Of a stretch of DNA of 64,000 nt, positions 52,801 through 64,000 are shown piece after piece. The stretch's first letter is position 1, and every line of letters begins with the position of its first letter. Source of the DNA: Octopus vulgaris (lineage: Eukaryota). A program made the position numbers and the translations under genes. The stretch lies in contig OX597829.1 of the NCBI GenBank assembly GCA_951406725.2, forward strand, positions 53,878,001 through 53,942,000, read 5' to 3'. Below the pieces are notes generated by a model. The model searched no databases. It saw only the letters and a list, made by a program, of their open reading frames with translations, and was not told the origin of the DNA.

Positions 52801-55109
52801 AGCGGGGTAAAAATCGGGATTATTTTGGTGGAACTGGAAACCAATGAGGTAAATGACAATGCAAATTTCAATGTATAAAGAGTGAAAGGAAATAAGTCAC
52901 AGAAAAAAAACCTCTGGAAAAAAAAAAAAGTATTACATTTTATCTAAATTCCATAAACAGTATTTTAAATCTTTTACTAACAATAACGCAATTTATATAA
53001 CAAGTATCTGAAAATTGCGTTTTATGCAATATCTTGAACATCACTGACAAATTATTTGAAAATCAATTACACTTTCATTCAATAATTTTGTATTTATGAT
53101 TGGAAATGATTTTATGTTGCTAGAATTCATAATAGATTACTTTCTGATTTATGCTAAGTACTCGAAGAAAACTAATATTACTTTCAAACTTTGATAAAAA
53201 TTCTTCGATAATTGCCATTTTGAAGTTTTCCGAGTTCATATTTTGTGTACTCTGCGATTACCAAGAGTTTATATCGCTTTTCATGAAGATATATTATAGG
53301 GGCCTATTATCCTTGATGTTGCAATAGTGGGTAACCCAGCTTTCACAGTTCAAAACACGTTTTTTAAAGTAAATAAATACTTGATTATACGATCCAGTTT
53401 GGTTTTTGCGCATGCATAAAAAAATACGGACCAGATGCATGTTCAAAGGAACTTCGACGTGACCATCCCGCCTTTCTTTAAGAAAACGTCTTCCAGATTA
53501 ATATTGACATAAGGGGTCCCAACGGTGAGCAACCCTAAACTTAAAATGATGCATAACTCTAACTACATTTCTAAACTCTGAACTTGAAACCCTAAGCAAT
53601 AGCACGAGTTGTGTTCACTTTGGTACATCAAACACTTCGGTGCATTTGTAAAAACTAAAATTAACTGGACTGTCAAGCATTTGTGTTGAAATTTTTCTGT
53701 TATGGATTGATAAGATTTGGGGGTAAAAAAACGTGCTGATCCAGCTTAATATTTTTCATTATTGATCAATTGAATTAGAGTTGGAATGGCTTATAGTTAG
53801 CAAAAGATAATCTTAATGGCATGTGTAAACACATGTTTCATAAAGTTAAACTTAATATAATTTCTTATATTATCTTAAGTGCCGTACTTATAATATATGT
53901 GTCAAATTTGGGGTTTCCTTTGGACTAACGAAAGATAAAGCAGAAGTCAACAGGTTTTGAGCTAAAAATGCAGAATGATGAAACGAAATGACTGACTTTT
54001 ACTGTTTGGGTTCCTTAACCAACAGGAAGGCCAAGCAACAAAAATCTCTCAGAAACTACATCTGCTGTCTTAATTGAAAGGCACTTTAAATGATGTAGTC
54101 CTAGATATCACATGACCAACTAGGTTATCAGATGTTACACGTCGCTGGTCACAATGAGCTTTACACTGTTTTAGCCTTTGAATGATGTCACCCTGTTGGC
54201 TAGGTGAGCAGGGCAACATTGTTCCCTGATCAAAAGGGGGTCTACAACAACATGAAATGAAGTGTTTTTGCGCAAGAACACTACATATCACCCAGTCTGA
54301 GAATCAAACCTGCAACTGTGAGTGTAACAACCTAACCACTGGGTTACGCTCCTTTACAGTCCTACATATTATTACTATGACTGAATAGAATATAGGGTGG
54401 TCTCAGCTAGATTTCTGAGTTGGCCTTGTGCTAAACAACATCAACTAAAACATATAGCAATGCTTTTTTGGGTCTTTTGATTCTGAGGACCATAAGTGAC
54501 ATCACTGGCTTCTGATGTCCAGAAGGGAAGGAAATTCCAGATTGATGGTGTCCTGAATGGAAATTAATAGACAAATTATTTATTGTGAAATTTGAACGAT
54601 GACACATAACAGAAACAATGAAAAGTGTTATGCAGATTGCTAATTCAGGGAAATTGAGGCCATTGTATTACAGGAAACATGACAGAGAGAAATTAGATGC
54701 TTTTCTTAGAACTGAAGAGTATAGTGTTTGGTGAATGACTCTTTGTCCATCAACCAGATGACGATGTCTGTGTGAGTAACAACAGAAGCACTGTCCCACA
54801 TATACTACTATATGAATTAACATTCAATCAAGGTTTATTTTTGCTTTTGAAGAAGCCTAGTCTTTAGAATGTAGTAACGTTCTATACATATATACATACA
54901 TAGAAAACTTATATATATACCATTCCGCTTTGTTTATTTATTTATTGGTACATTTTGATATATATAACTATATATATATATATATATATATATACCGGAG
55001 TAAACACATAAATGTGAAACAAGGTGGAAAAAAGAGTACTCAAATACCAGTGGTAGAGTAATATGCTTTATTTAAAAGCAGCAGAAAATTCAACAAAGCC
55101 TGTCACTCT

Positions 55110-55872
55110 GTAAAAGTTTTGAAAGAAAAAAAACGCATGAATTTTCTAAATTTTGGGCTAACATTGATGGCATTTATTCTCAAATGAAGAAAAGAAAAAA
55201 ATGTGCTTGAAACAGAAGAAGACAGATACAGACAACTGTTCTACAGAATTATAGATTTAATTTGCAAGCAAATTGAGATACGATTTCAAAATTTAAATGA
55301 ATTATATTTTTTAGCGCTTCTTGGTTGGCGTTAGGAAGGGCATCCAGCTGTAGAAACACTGCCAGATCTGACTGGGCCTGATGAAGCCTTCCAGCTTCAC
55401 AGACCCCAGTTGAACCGTCCAACCCATGCTAGCATGGAAAACGGACGCTAAATGATGATGATGATGATCCAATGAGACAAAATAACAACATCCAGGAAAC
55501 ATCTCTACCTTGCCTTAAACATTCTTATAGAGACCATTTTGATAGCCAAAACTTAAGAAGCAAACTTACTGTCTTGTTCAAAGATGCTGGACTAAAAGGA
55601 AAATCCATTCAAGATTTACTTTACATTCTGCATAATAGTGGATTAGATGAAGCTTTCTAGATTAATATTAACACTACCAGCAACAAGTGCTACAGTGGAG
55701 CACTCCTTTTCATACCTGAGGAGAATTCATAATTATACAAGAAAGGTTGAGCAGTTTAGTTCTAACTGACATAGAAAAGGCTGTTTTAAAAAGCATTCAG
55801 AATGATGCGTTCTACAATGATGTTATCGACAATTTCAACAAGAAAGAGAGGTTTAAATTAACATTTAAGTAA
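55110..55872 (+). mobile_element. hAT transposase C-terminal relic (interrupted by SINE A)
   Basis: RLILTLPATSATVEHSFSYLRRIHNYTR...RLSSLVLTDIEK...NDVIDNF matches the hAT dimerisation domain (normally ERSFS). Confidence 0.75.
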
Positions 55873-56025
55873 AATATGTAAGTTTTAATTGTGATTTTTT
55901 TATATTTTAAAAATAGCTGTAGAATATGAACTTGTCAATTTGATTCAAATATTTATGTGACAGAAAATTTTGGTCATTGCTTCCTGCCAGAAAGATCACC
56001 ACACACTCCTGATATATGTGTATGT

Positions 56026-56085
<60 letters not shown>

Positions 56086-56999
56086 CAAAACATCTTCATG
56101 AACTTATACTTGCTTAAAATCTTTGTAAACCCCATAATAGGATCAATATATACATGCACATACATTCACAAAAGTATAGGCGTGCGATGCAAGTTATATA
56201 CATCTACATGTAGGGCAATTGAACTATGTTGAATGCAAAATTCACAAGCATTTAACCAATACTTGCAAAACATCAGGGCCAGAGCAAAGGAAAAAAAAAA
56301 ACACAATTGGATAAATCCCTACAAGAGTCCCCTTATATATGTATCTTACATTCAAGACCATGCTTTGAAGTCCTGTAAAATCACATGTAATCTCATGTAA
56401 CCTTATTCAATATGGAAGCCGATAACCAACATTCTTAAATGGAACAGATGAAAAATTGTTTTTCTGCTTGAAACCATTACTAATATTATTAATTTACAAA
56501 TAAGGAATAGAATACATATACATATACATACATACATATATATGTGTGTGTGTGTGCATCATCATCATCATTTAACGTCCGCTTTCCATGCTAGCATGGG
56601 TTGGACGATTTGACTGAGGACTGGTGAACCAGATGGCTGCACCAGACTCCAATCTTGATCTGGCAGAGTTCCTACAGCTGGATGCCCATACTGGAGTAAG
56701 CACATAAAAGTGAAACAAGGTAGAAAAAAAGAGTACTCAAATACCAGAAGTAGAGTAATATGATATATATATATACACATCATATTTCATTTGTCATTTG
56801 AACTAAGACACTTAGGAACGAGATTTGGATGAATTCCACCCAATGTGCAATGTATGACTCAGTAGGGGGAAGGAAGGATGACAGAAATGACCTCTCAAAA
56901 CAATATGTCAAGTGATGGAATGCCACATGACATTCTTAGACATCTGTAAAGTTGTCAGCTTCTCAGACAATGAAGGACAAGAAAAGGGGTGAGGTCAGC

Positions 57000-58545
57000 A
57001 TGACAGTTCTGTAAAGGCCACAAAAGAAGCAACATCCACTTACATGGAAGCCAGGTTGGGTTAGGGAAGAAACTGTGGACCAGGAGGTCACGTAAGTTGT
57101 GGGCTTGTTTGAAGGAGGGGAGGTGTCAGCTAGGGAAGATGTGCAAAGTGGAGGGGTCAGATGGAGTCATCGGAAGGCTTGGAGAATGGTGTGTTAGAGA
57201 GGTAGGGTGGAGGGGAAGCCGGTGATGGGGGGGGGAGAAAGTGCACAGTCCATGGAACGTGCTCTGGCAAGGGCGGTGTGGATAGTGGTGAGGGGATATC
57301 CACATAGGATGAAGTGGCGAGCCATGAGTTGAGACTCAGTCTCAAAGTCATGGTTGCCACTGTAAAGCCTGCGCAGCCGGAGGAATTGGGAATAGGGGAT
57401 GGAAAGCTTGGTGTATTTAGGGTGGGAGGAAGAGAAGTTGAGGTATGAGTGTGAGTCAGTGTGTTTGTAGTGGATGGGGGTGGTGAGAGTGGAGTGATGA
57501 ATGCTAAGTAAAATATTGAGAAAAGTGACGGAAGTGTTGGTGCAGGAGAAGTGGAGGGCAGGATGGAAAGGTTTGACAAAAGAGAGGAAGGAGTCTAGAT
57601 GTTCTCGAGAGAGTGAGGTCACACCAATACAGTCGTCAATATATTGACCGTATAGTTCGGGAGTGGGACCAATGAAACTTAAGAATATTTGGGCCTCAAC
57701 ATAGCCAATGAGCAGGTTCACATAGTTGGGGCCCATTCTTGTTCCCATGGCCACTACTGAGACTTGCTGGTAAAAATCACCCATGACCAAGAAGCAGTTA
57801 AAGGGGAGAACAAGTTCAGCCAGACGAAGAAGTGTGGATGTGTCAGGTTGGGGGTTGGATTGAAGGTCAAGGTGGTGTTGGAATGCACGAAGCCCTGCGT
57901 GGTGAGGGATCACTGTGTATAGGCTCTTGATGCCAGGAGTGAAGAGAAGTTTAGAGGGGCCAGGAGTGAAGAGAAGTTTGTGGATTTGGGAGAGGAAGTA
58001 TATTGTGGGAGTGCGAGGGATGCGGACAATGAGGTTGGAGGCGGTGGGGGGGCGGGAAGAGGAGATGAGGTCATGGATAGTGGAGGACACAGTCTGTTGG
58101 TAGCTGGCCGTGGGGTTGGAGGGCAGGAGAAGGAGGTGTCTTGGAGTTGGCGGAGAGCTTTGGCCTTATAGAGGTCCATGTGCCACACCTATTTCTTTAC
58201 TACCCACAATGGGCTAAACACAGAGAGAACAAACAAGGACAGACAAACGGATTAAGTTGATTACATCGACCCCAGTGCGTAACTGGTACTTAATTCATCA
58301 ACCCCGAAAGGATGAAAGGCAAAGTCGATCTCGGCGAAATTTGAATTCAGGACGTAACGGCAGATGAAATACGGCTACGCATTTCCTCCGGCGTGCTAAC
58401 GATCCTGCCACCACAGCTCCACCCTTGTCGGCCGGTTTTACGATGATGTCTTTGTGGCGTTGGAGACATCAAAGGCTGAGAGTTCGGCTGGGGAGATGTT
58501 CAGATGTTGGGGTCACCTGGAAAAGTCAAACCAGTCCACAGCACA
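57000..58545 (-). mobile_element. Penelope-like retroelement reverse transcriptase pseudogene, split by a SINE B at 58190-58410
   Basis: KDIIVKPADKGG (58460-58418), IKSLYTVIPH, QVSVVAMGTRMGPNYVNL, YGQYIDDC, HYKHTDSHSYLNFSSSHP and SIPYSQFLRLRR are PLE RT hallmarks. Confidence 0.92.
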
Positions 58546-59204
58546 CTGGCAGATGCCTGCAAAAAGACTGACTGCTTGGAAATACACACACACACACATA
58601 CATACATACATACATGTCTTTATCACTCATGACCTTCCATGTCACCATCCACATCACTTCACTTCATCCACCACACTTTCATCTTTCTCTAAGTCCACAT
58701 GGGGCCGCATTGGGCCACCTTCACCTGCCTCTCCAATATACTCTCGATCCACCCTGTTCTACCTATAACCAGCACACTCACTTCTCTGAGCCCTTAATTT
58801 TGCTTACCTCTTCTACTGATTCATGTCAAATATCCCCATATTTTGCTATCATCCTTTTGTCCTTTCTATTCTCTCACCCATTCATGTCCTGATGTCTTGC
58901 TCCTTCTCTCTCTCTCTCTCCTAGGCCATCTCAACAAATATACATGCCCTGTTCTATTGAATACTTTTTACACTTAGACTCCCATCTGCCCTTTCTCAAC
59001 TGCCATTCTTGTCATTGATCCCACTCTTGTTCCTCTCCTTAGTGTACAGGCCTTAAATCACTAAGTACTCTGGTTTTGGTGCTGTATGGAAATGCACCTC
59101 ATCTGCTCTGTGAAGTGGTTGCTGATAGGGAAAGCATACAAACAGTTACAAACATATACATATGTGTGTATAATATATATGTACATATAAACACATAGGT
59201 ATAA

Positions 59205-60520
59205 AATCTCCTGGGAAGGTGATGGTGATGGGGTAGTTGGTGTGGGCATACTTCTTGCAGAGAAATGGGTGGTTAAGGTCATAGAGGTAGTTAGAGTGTG
59301 CGATAGAGTACTTAAGTTCAGGCTAGTCTAGCAGAATAGTATAGCTACAATTATCTCTGCCTATGCCCCACAAGCAGGCCTACCAAATGAACAGAGGGAC
59401 CACTTTTATGGCATTCTTCTGCAGGCTACCTCAAAGATGAAAGACAATGATCTCATCTACGTGGTTGGGGATTGCAATGAGTATATCAGGCAGCAGCGCG
59501 GTATTTTCCATGGTGCACATGGGGACCATGGAATTGGTTTCTGAAATGAAGAAGGGACAAGGCTGCTGGAGTTCTTTGATGCAAATAAACTATTGATCTG
59601 CAACACCAACTTCAAGAAGCCAACCAGCCACCTAATAACCTACAAATCAGGTGACCACACTAACCAGATTGATTACATTCTCACCAGACAGTGGGATATA
59701 TGGTTACTTATAAATACAAAGACCTTCCCTGGTGAAGAATGTACCCACCAGCAGAGATTGTTATAAGTGACTTTAGACTTCAGGCTGGAAGGATGCCAAG
59801 AATCAGACCCATATGGAAAAGAAGGATTTGGAAGTTTAAGGAACCTTTATATGGTCAGAGATTTGGGGACATCCTAATTGAGAAATTTGATGAGATGGAG
59901 AAGGAACAACAGAGCTGTAATATTGAGGGCAATTGAGAATTCCTGTGGGACAGCCTGCTGAGTGCAAAGTCCCATCCAGACCTAGGGTGATGTGGTAGTG
60001 GAACGATGATGTAGACAAGGCCACTGGAGCAAAGAAACAGGGCTGGACGTGTTGGGGTAGCAGGAAACTGTATCAGATAGTCAGAAGAGATGCTAGGTGA
60101 TAGGTATATCTAGCCAGGGGAGAAGCACAAAAGAAGTTTGCCCAAGACCTGTGATGTGAGGACCAGAGACTTGAAGCATTTTGTATTGCAAAACTGTGCG
60201 AGAAAAAATCATGATACATCCGCATGGATGATGGTGCACTTGCATGTAATGGTTCTGCAAAGAAAGAGGCCAAGAGATGCCATTATATAGGCTGCTAAAC
60301 ATGGAGAATGAATGGGAGAAGGAGAGTCTGCCAAATGTTGACCCAATTGAGGGACCAGCTATCTGAATTGACAGTACCTTGGTCGATAAAGCAATTAAGG
60401 ACATCAAGACAGGGAAAGCCCCTGGCCCATCAGGGATCACAACTGAGATGCTTAAAATATCTGGTGGAGTTTGGTATAGTCTAGTCATCCATATGGTTAA
60501 TCAGGTTGTCCATGAGGTTA
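59205..60520 (+). mobile_element. RTE LINE fragment (AP endonuclease to start of RT), with stops and frameshifts
   Basis: GVGILLAEKW, IISAYAPQAG, VVGDCNE, ICNTNFKK, TNQIDYIL, KTGKAPGPSGITTEMLK. Confidence 0.92.
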
Positions 60521-60739
60521 AGAGGGAAAATAGTTCTTGTGTGTGAAAGGTGCACCAATTGTACTGCACTCAATAGATTCCAGATCCAAGTGAATTGCAG
60601 GTTCCAAGTAAGGTGAATGATAAACGGATAATAACAGATAATAATTGTGATACACTACAACCGTCTCAGGCATGTTCTTCATTGATGAACAGATGAGTTA
60701 CATCGTGCAAAAAAAAAACGTTTCCATCGTGTGAATACA

Positions 60740-61138
60740 TCTTTATATATAAAAGTGAGGTTGTGTGCTGTCTGTCTCCTACGATTTAGATTCCTAACTA
60801 CTCCCACATTTTGCGGTGCAGTTTAACCAAAACCGGGTATCTTATAGTCGTGATTCATATCGAGCCCTTCTGGGTATTAGCGCACGTCTATGATGAGTTT
60901 ACGATTTAAAAAAAAATTTACCATCAATTTTTCCCATTTTTAATGCATTTTTGGCATATATAAGGGAAGTAACTCTCTAAAAATTTATTATTAAATCTCA
61001 AAACGTAAAAAGCGACAGTAACACCCCCCCCCCTTGGTGGTTAGCCATACTAAGATGGCTATTATACTTTACATCTCTAAAAATGCTTATATAGTTATTT
61101 CCCTTACAAACCCGAGCAACGCCGGGCGATACTGCTAG
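60740..61138 (+). mobile_element. Non-autonomous Helitron (399 bp)
   Basis: A|TCTTTATATATAAAAG ... CCCGagcaacgcCGGG hairpin (61111-61126) ... CTAG|T, no TSD. Confidence 0.9.
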
Positions 61139-61907
61139 TGTAAGAATAAAACATTTTGAACACCTCAAGAACAAGTGCAAAGTGCCATTTTTACTTTGGT
61201 TTGGTAGAGTCAAAAATAGCACTTTCTTCAAAATGTTTAATTCTTACATGATTTCACCTGATGAAAATGGTTTTTTTTTTCACGTGATGTAATACTTCTA
61301 TTCATCAATTAAAAAACATGTCTGAAATAGCTGTAGTGAACCACAATCCATCTCTTGATATTTGTTTATCATTCGCCTTATATGGAACCTGCAGTTCACA
61401 AGGGTTTGAAGTCTACTAAATGCCGTACAATTGGTGCAGTGTTTGTACCTATGTGCAGTATTGAGACTCATTGCATATTCAGCCAGCCGTTTGTGATTGT
61501 ACACACAACTGGAATATAAATCTGTATTTACTGTAGTATCTATTTTTCTTTACATATTGTTTGTATGCACTGACCCAACCTTCATGCTTTACTATCTAAG
61601 GACCTGACCTGCTTGAATCTTGAATTTTTATATATGCATATATGTATGTACGTGTGTGTGTGTATACACACATATACATATGTTAAATAAAATGACACAG
61701 CCTTGGCTTTGTTATTGCATTTTACTTAACATGTACATGCTCACACAAGACCCGCATTAGACTCCTCACTCATATTATTATCGAACTGAGAGTCTAACTA
61801 CGGTCTTCCCATAGCACTTACAGAGCCTTGCTTGCCATGTTGGGTCTTCTGGATACCAATACCTCTCATATATATATTATTAGTTAATAAATAATATTAA
61901 CTAATAA

Positions 61908-61950
<43 letters not shown>

Positions 61951-61951
<1 letters not shown>

Positions 61952-63272
61952 CTATACTTTAATAAAGAAAGCTACTTATAAATTAATTACAAATATGTAA
62001 CTCATTACAGTTTACACTGACTAGGAAATTTTTTGAAAATTCCAATTTTAATATTTTTAAAATCAAAATGTGGTTTTCCAAATTCTTTATTATAGATTTC
62101 AATTACAGAATTCAATCAGAAATCTAATTTAATTCACTGTGAGACAGTGTTTTTTAACATCTTACTCCCTTTGTTTCTATCCCTTTTCTTGAACACTCTC
62201 TCTCTCTCTCTTCCTTTCCATATCTTCTTTGTTTACCACCTCTATTCCACTTCCTCTTCCTCTTTCCTTATAGCTTTTTACTTTCACTCCTATCCTTATC
62301 TTTCTTCTTGCTCTTTCAATTAATGTTTTGACTTGCCCCTACACACCCTGTTATTTCCACCCACATTCCTTTCAGTACTGCCTCTCCACCTCTTCACTCT
62401 ACCATCTCTTTTCAATTGTTTTCATTAAAAATAAGCATTTACAAAGTTTTTCTATGAGATATTTTGGGAATGTTTGTGAAAATTTTTACTCTATTTCTAT
62501 TTATCATATCAAATTACAAGAGAATAATACAATATGCATATTGTACTGTTTGTTTCCACATTAGTAATTTTCAATTCAGCATGAGTCTGAAACAGAATGG
62601 TTGACAACAAAGGGAGAGAAAGGTAACTGAATGATAGAATACCAGGGCAAAATGACTGAAATATATGTCTGAATATGTATATAGGCATAGAGAGAATAAT
62701 TCTGCTTTTGTTACACATGACAGACTGGTTAGGGTATCTCAAGATCAGAATAATCTACTTGAAACAGAACAATACAATGAGCCAGTTTTTACAGTCTGTG
62801 AATAATCAGGTGCCAATTGATATTCATCATGAAACAGGCAGAATATGCAGACAAATATCTCACACAGATAATGATGAGGTTCAAACAGAAACAGCAGTGA
62901 AAACAAATAGAGTGCTGAAAGATCAAACCAAAAATGTACAGTAAGGAGAATTGACGAAGAAAAACTTCCATATCAGAAACATGTTTGTTAAAGGTTTAGC
63001 AATGCTAATTTTAACAACTTTCAAGAATAGGCTGTCCTGTCTGTTTTACAATTACATTATACAAGGAAGCTCTTTGACAATGTGTGTTTACACTGCAAAT
63101 CCCACAGATGGCCTACTGAATCGAAATTCCTATGTTGCTTTGAGGAAAAAGTAAAATTGGACAAACTGCATCCTCCTCTGCCAAATATTCTTTGGTACTT
63201 TGATGGTGATCAGACAGGAAACAATTTCCCGGAAAATATACTTTCAAGTAACAATGTGCAAGCATTAGCTAA
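61951..63272 (+). mobile_element. 5' part of a Helitron with a Rep/helicase N-terminal relic
   Basis: A|TCTATACTTTAATAAAG start; CLHCKSHRWPTESKFLCCFEEKVKLDKLHPPLP...FPENILSSNN (63082-63270) resembles the Helitron CxxC...CC..GKV.L...NIR.YN zinc-finger region; the link between the start and the coding relic is inferred. Confidence 0.65.
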
Positions 63273-63279
63273 CCTGGTT

Positions 63280-63945
63280 GGATTGCAGAGAAATGAGGAC
63301 CCCACTGCATTTCTTATGGGTCCACAATTTGCACTATGTTCACCACATGGAATCTCCATCTACACCTTTTCCACATATAAATAAGGCATTTTTTCAAAAT
63401 GGATTAGCATTCTGTCTATTTATCTGCTTACTAGATCTTTGGCTCTTCCTTGTTAAGTTAACTTTACGGCTTTTTGATTCCAAACATAGAATTTATTTTG
63501 TAATTCTGCAACATATTCATCAGCACAAAGGAGCTCCTCTGGGCAACTGGTTTTTACATCCTCTGTTATGGTCTAGAGGACTCTGATAAACACTGGAGCA
63601 CTGGGAAATGAACCCTGCACACTAGATTTATTGCTGTAATCATTACTATCACCTTACTGAAATCTCCTCTGCACATAGCTTGGACAGCTCTCACCAGCCA
63701 TTTGTTTACACTTAGCTTCCACAACAACCACCAGATTTAGGAGTAAAGGACCTTGTTGAAAGTTTTCTCCAGGTTGATGAAAGCCAAGTAAAATGGTTCA
63801 CTTCTGGTTAAATACTTCTCTTGCAATTGCCTTGCTTGGGAGCATCAGTGGTACTTCTCCCGCAGCATAAAACCAAGCTGCATCTCATCCAGTTTAAATC
63901 TCTCCCTAATTAGTTGAGCTATTAACTGTTTCTGTAACTTATTGG
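63280..63945 (-). mobile_element. RTE LINE RT fragment
   Basis: IAQLIRERFKLDEMQLGF, RQLQEKYL...YLAFINLEKTFNKV, PEELLCADE (degenerate YADD). Confidence 0.85.
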
Positions 63946-64000
63946 CAGTTGCAGGTTTTGTACTGTAAATGCCCAGAATTAAGGAATCCCCAGAAAAAAA

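Overview
AT-rich, repeat-saturated animal genomic DNA with spliceosomal introns and many (TA)n microsatellites; the SINE repertoire suggests Octopus (inference). It holds two convergent genes. One is the 3' part of a WD40 gene of the WDR49/WDR95-like family (+ strand, 7 coding exons, 1985-24294, probably with a GC-AG last intron). The other is a complete BTBD3/6-type BTB-BACK-PHR gene (- strand, 2 coding exons, 35461-32695). The rest is a mosaic of mobile DNA: a full-length decayed DD34D mariner, other Tc1/mariner and hAT relics, three Helitrons, a solo LTR with TSD, RTE LINE fragments, a Penelope-like (PLE) reverse transcriptase, MITEs and at least four SINE families. The most unusual signal is a set of unrelated short non-coding elements carrying minimal type I hammerhead-ribozyme motifs. 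Several sit in (TA)n tracts. In two cases the ribozyme lies in the loop of an inverted duplication that begins within a few nt of the predicted cleavage site. All calls were made by eye, and repeat boundaries are approximate.
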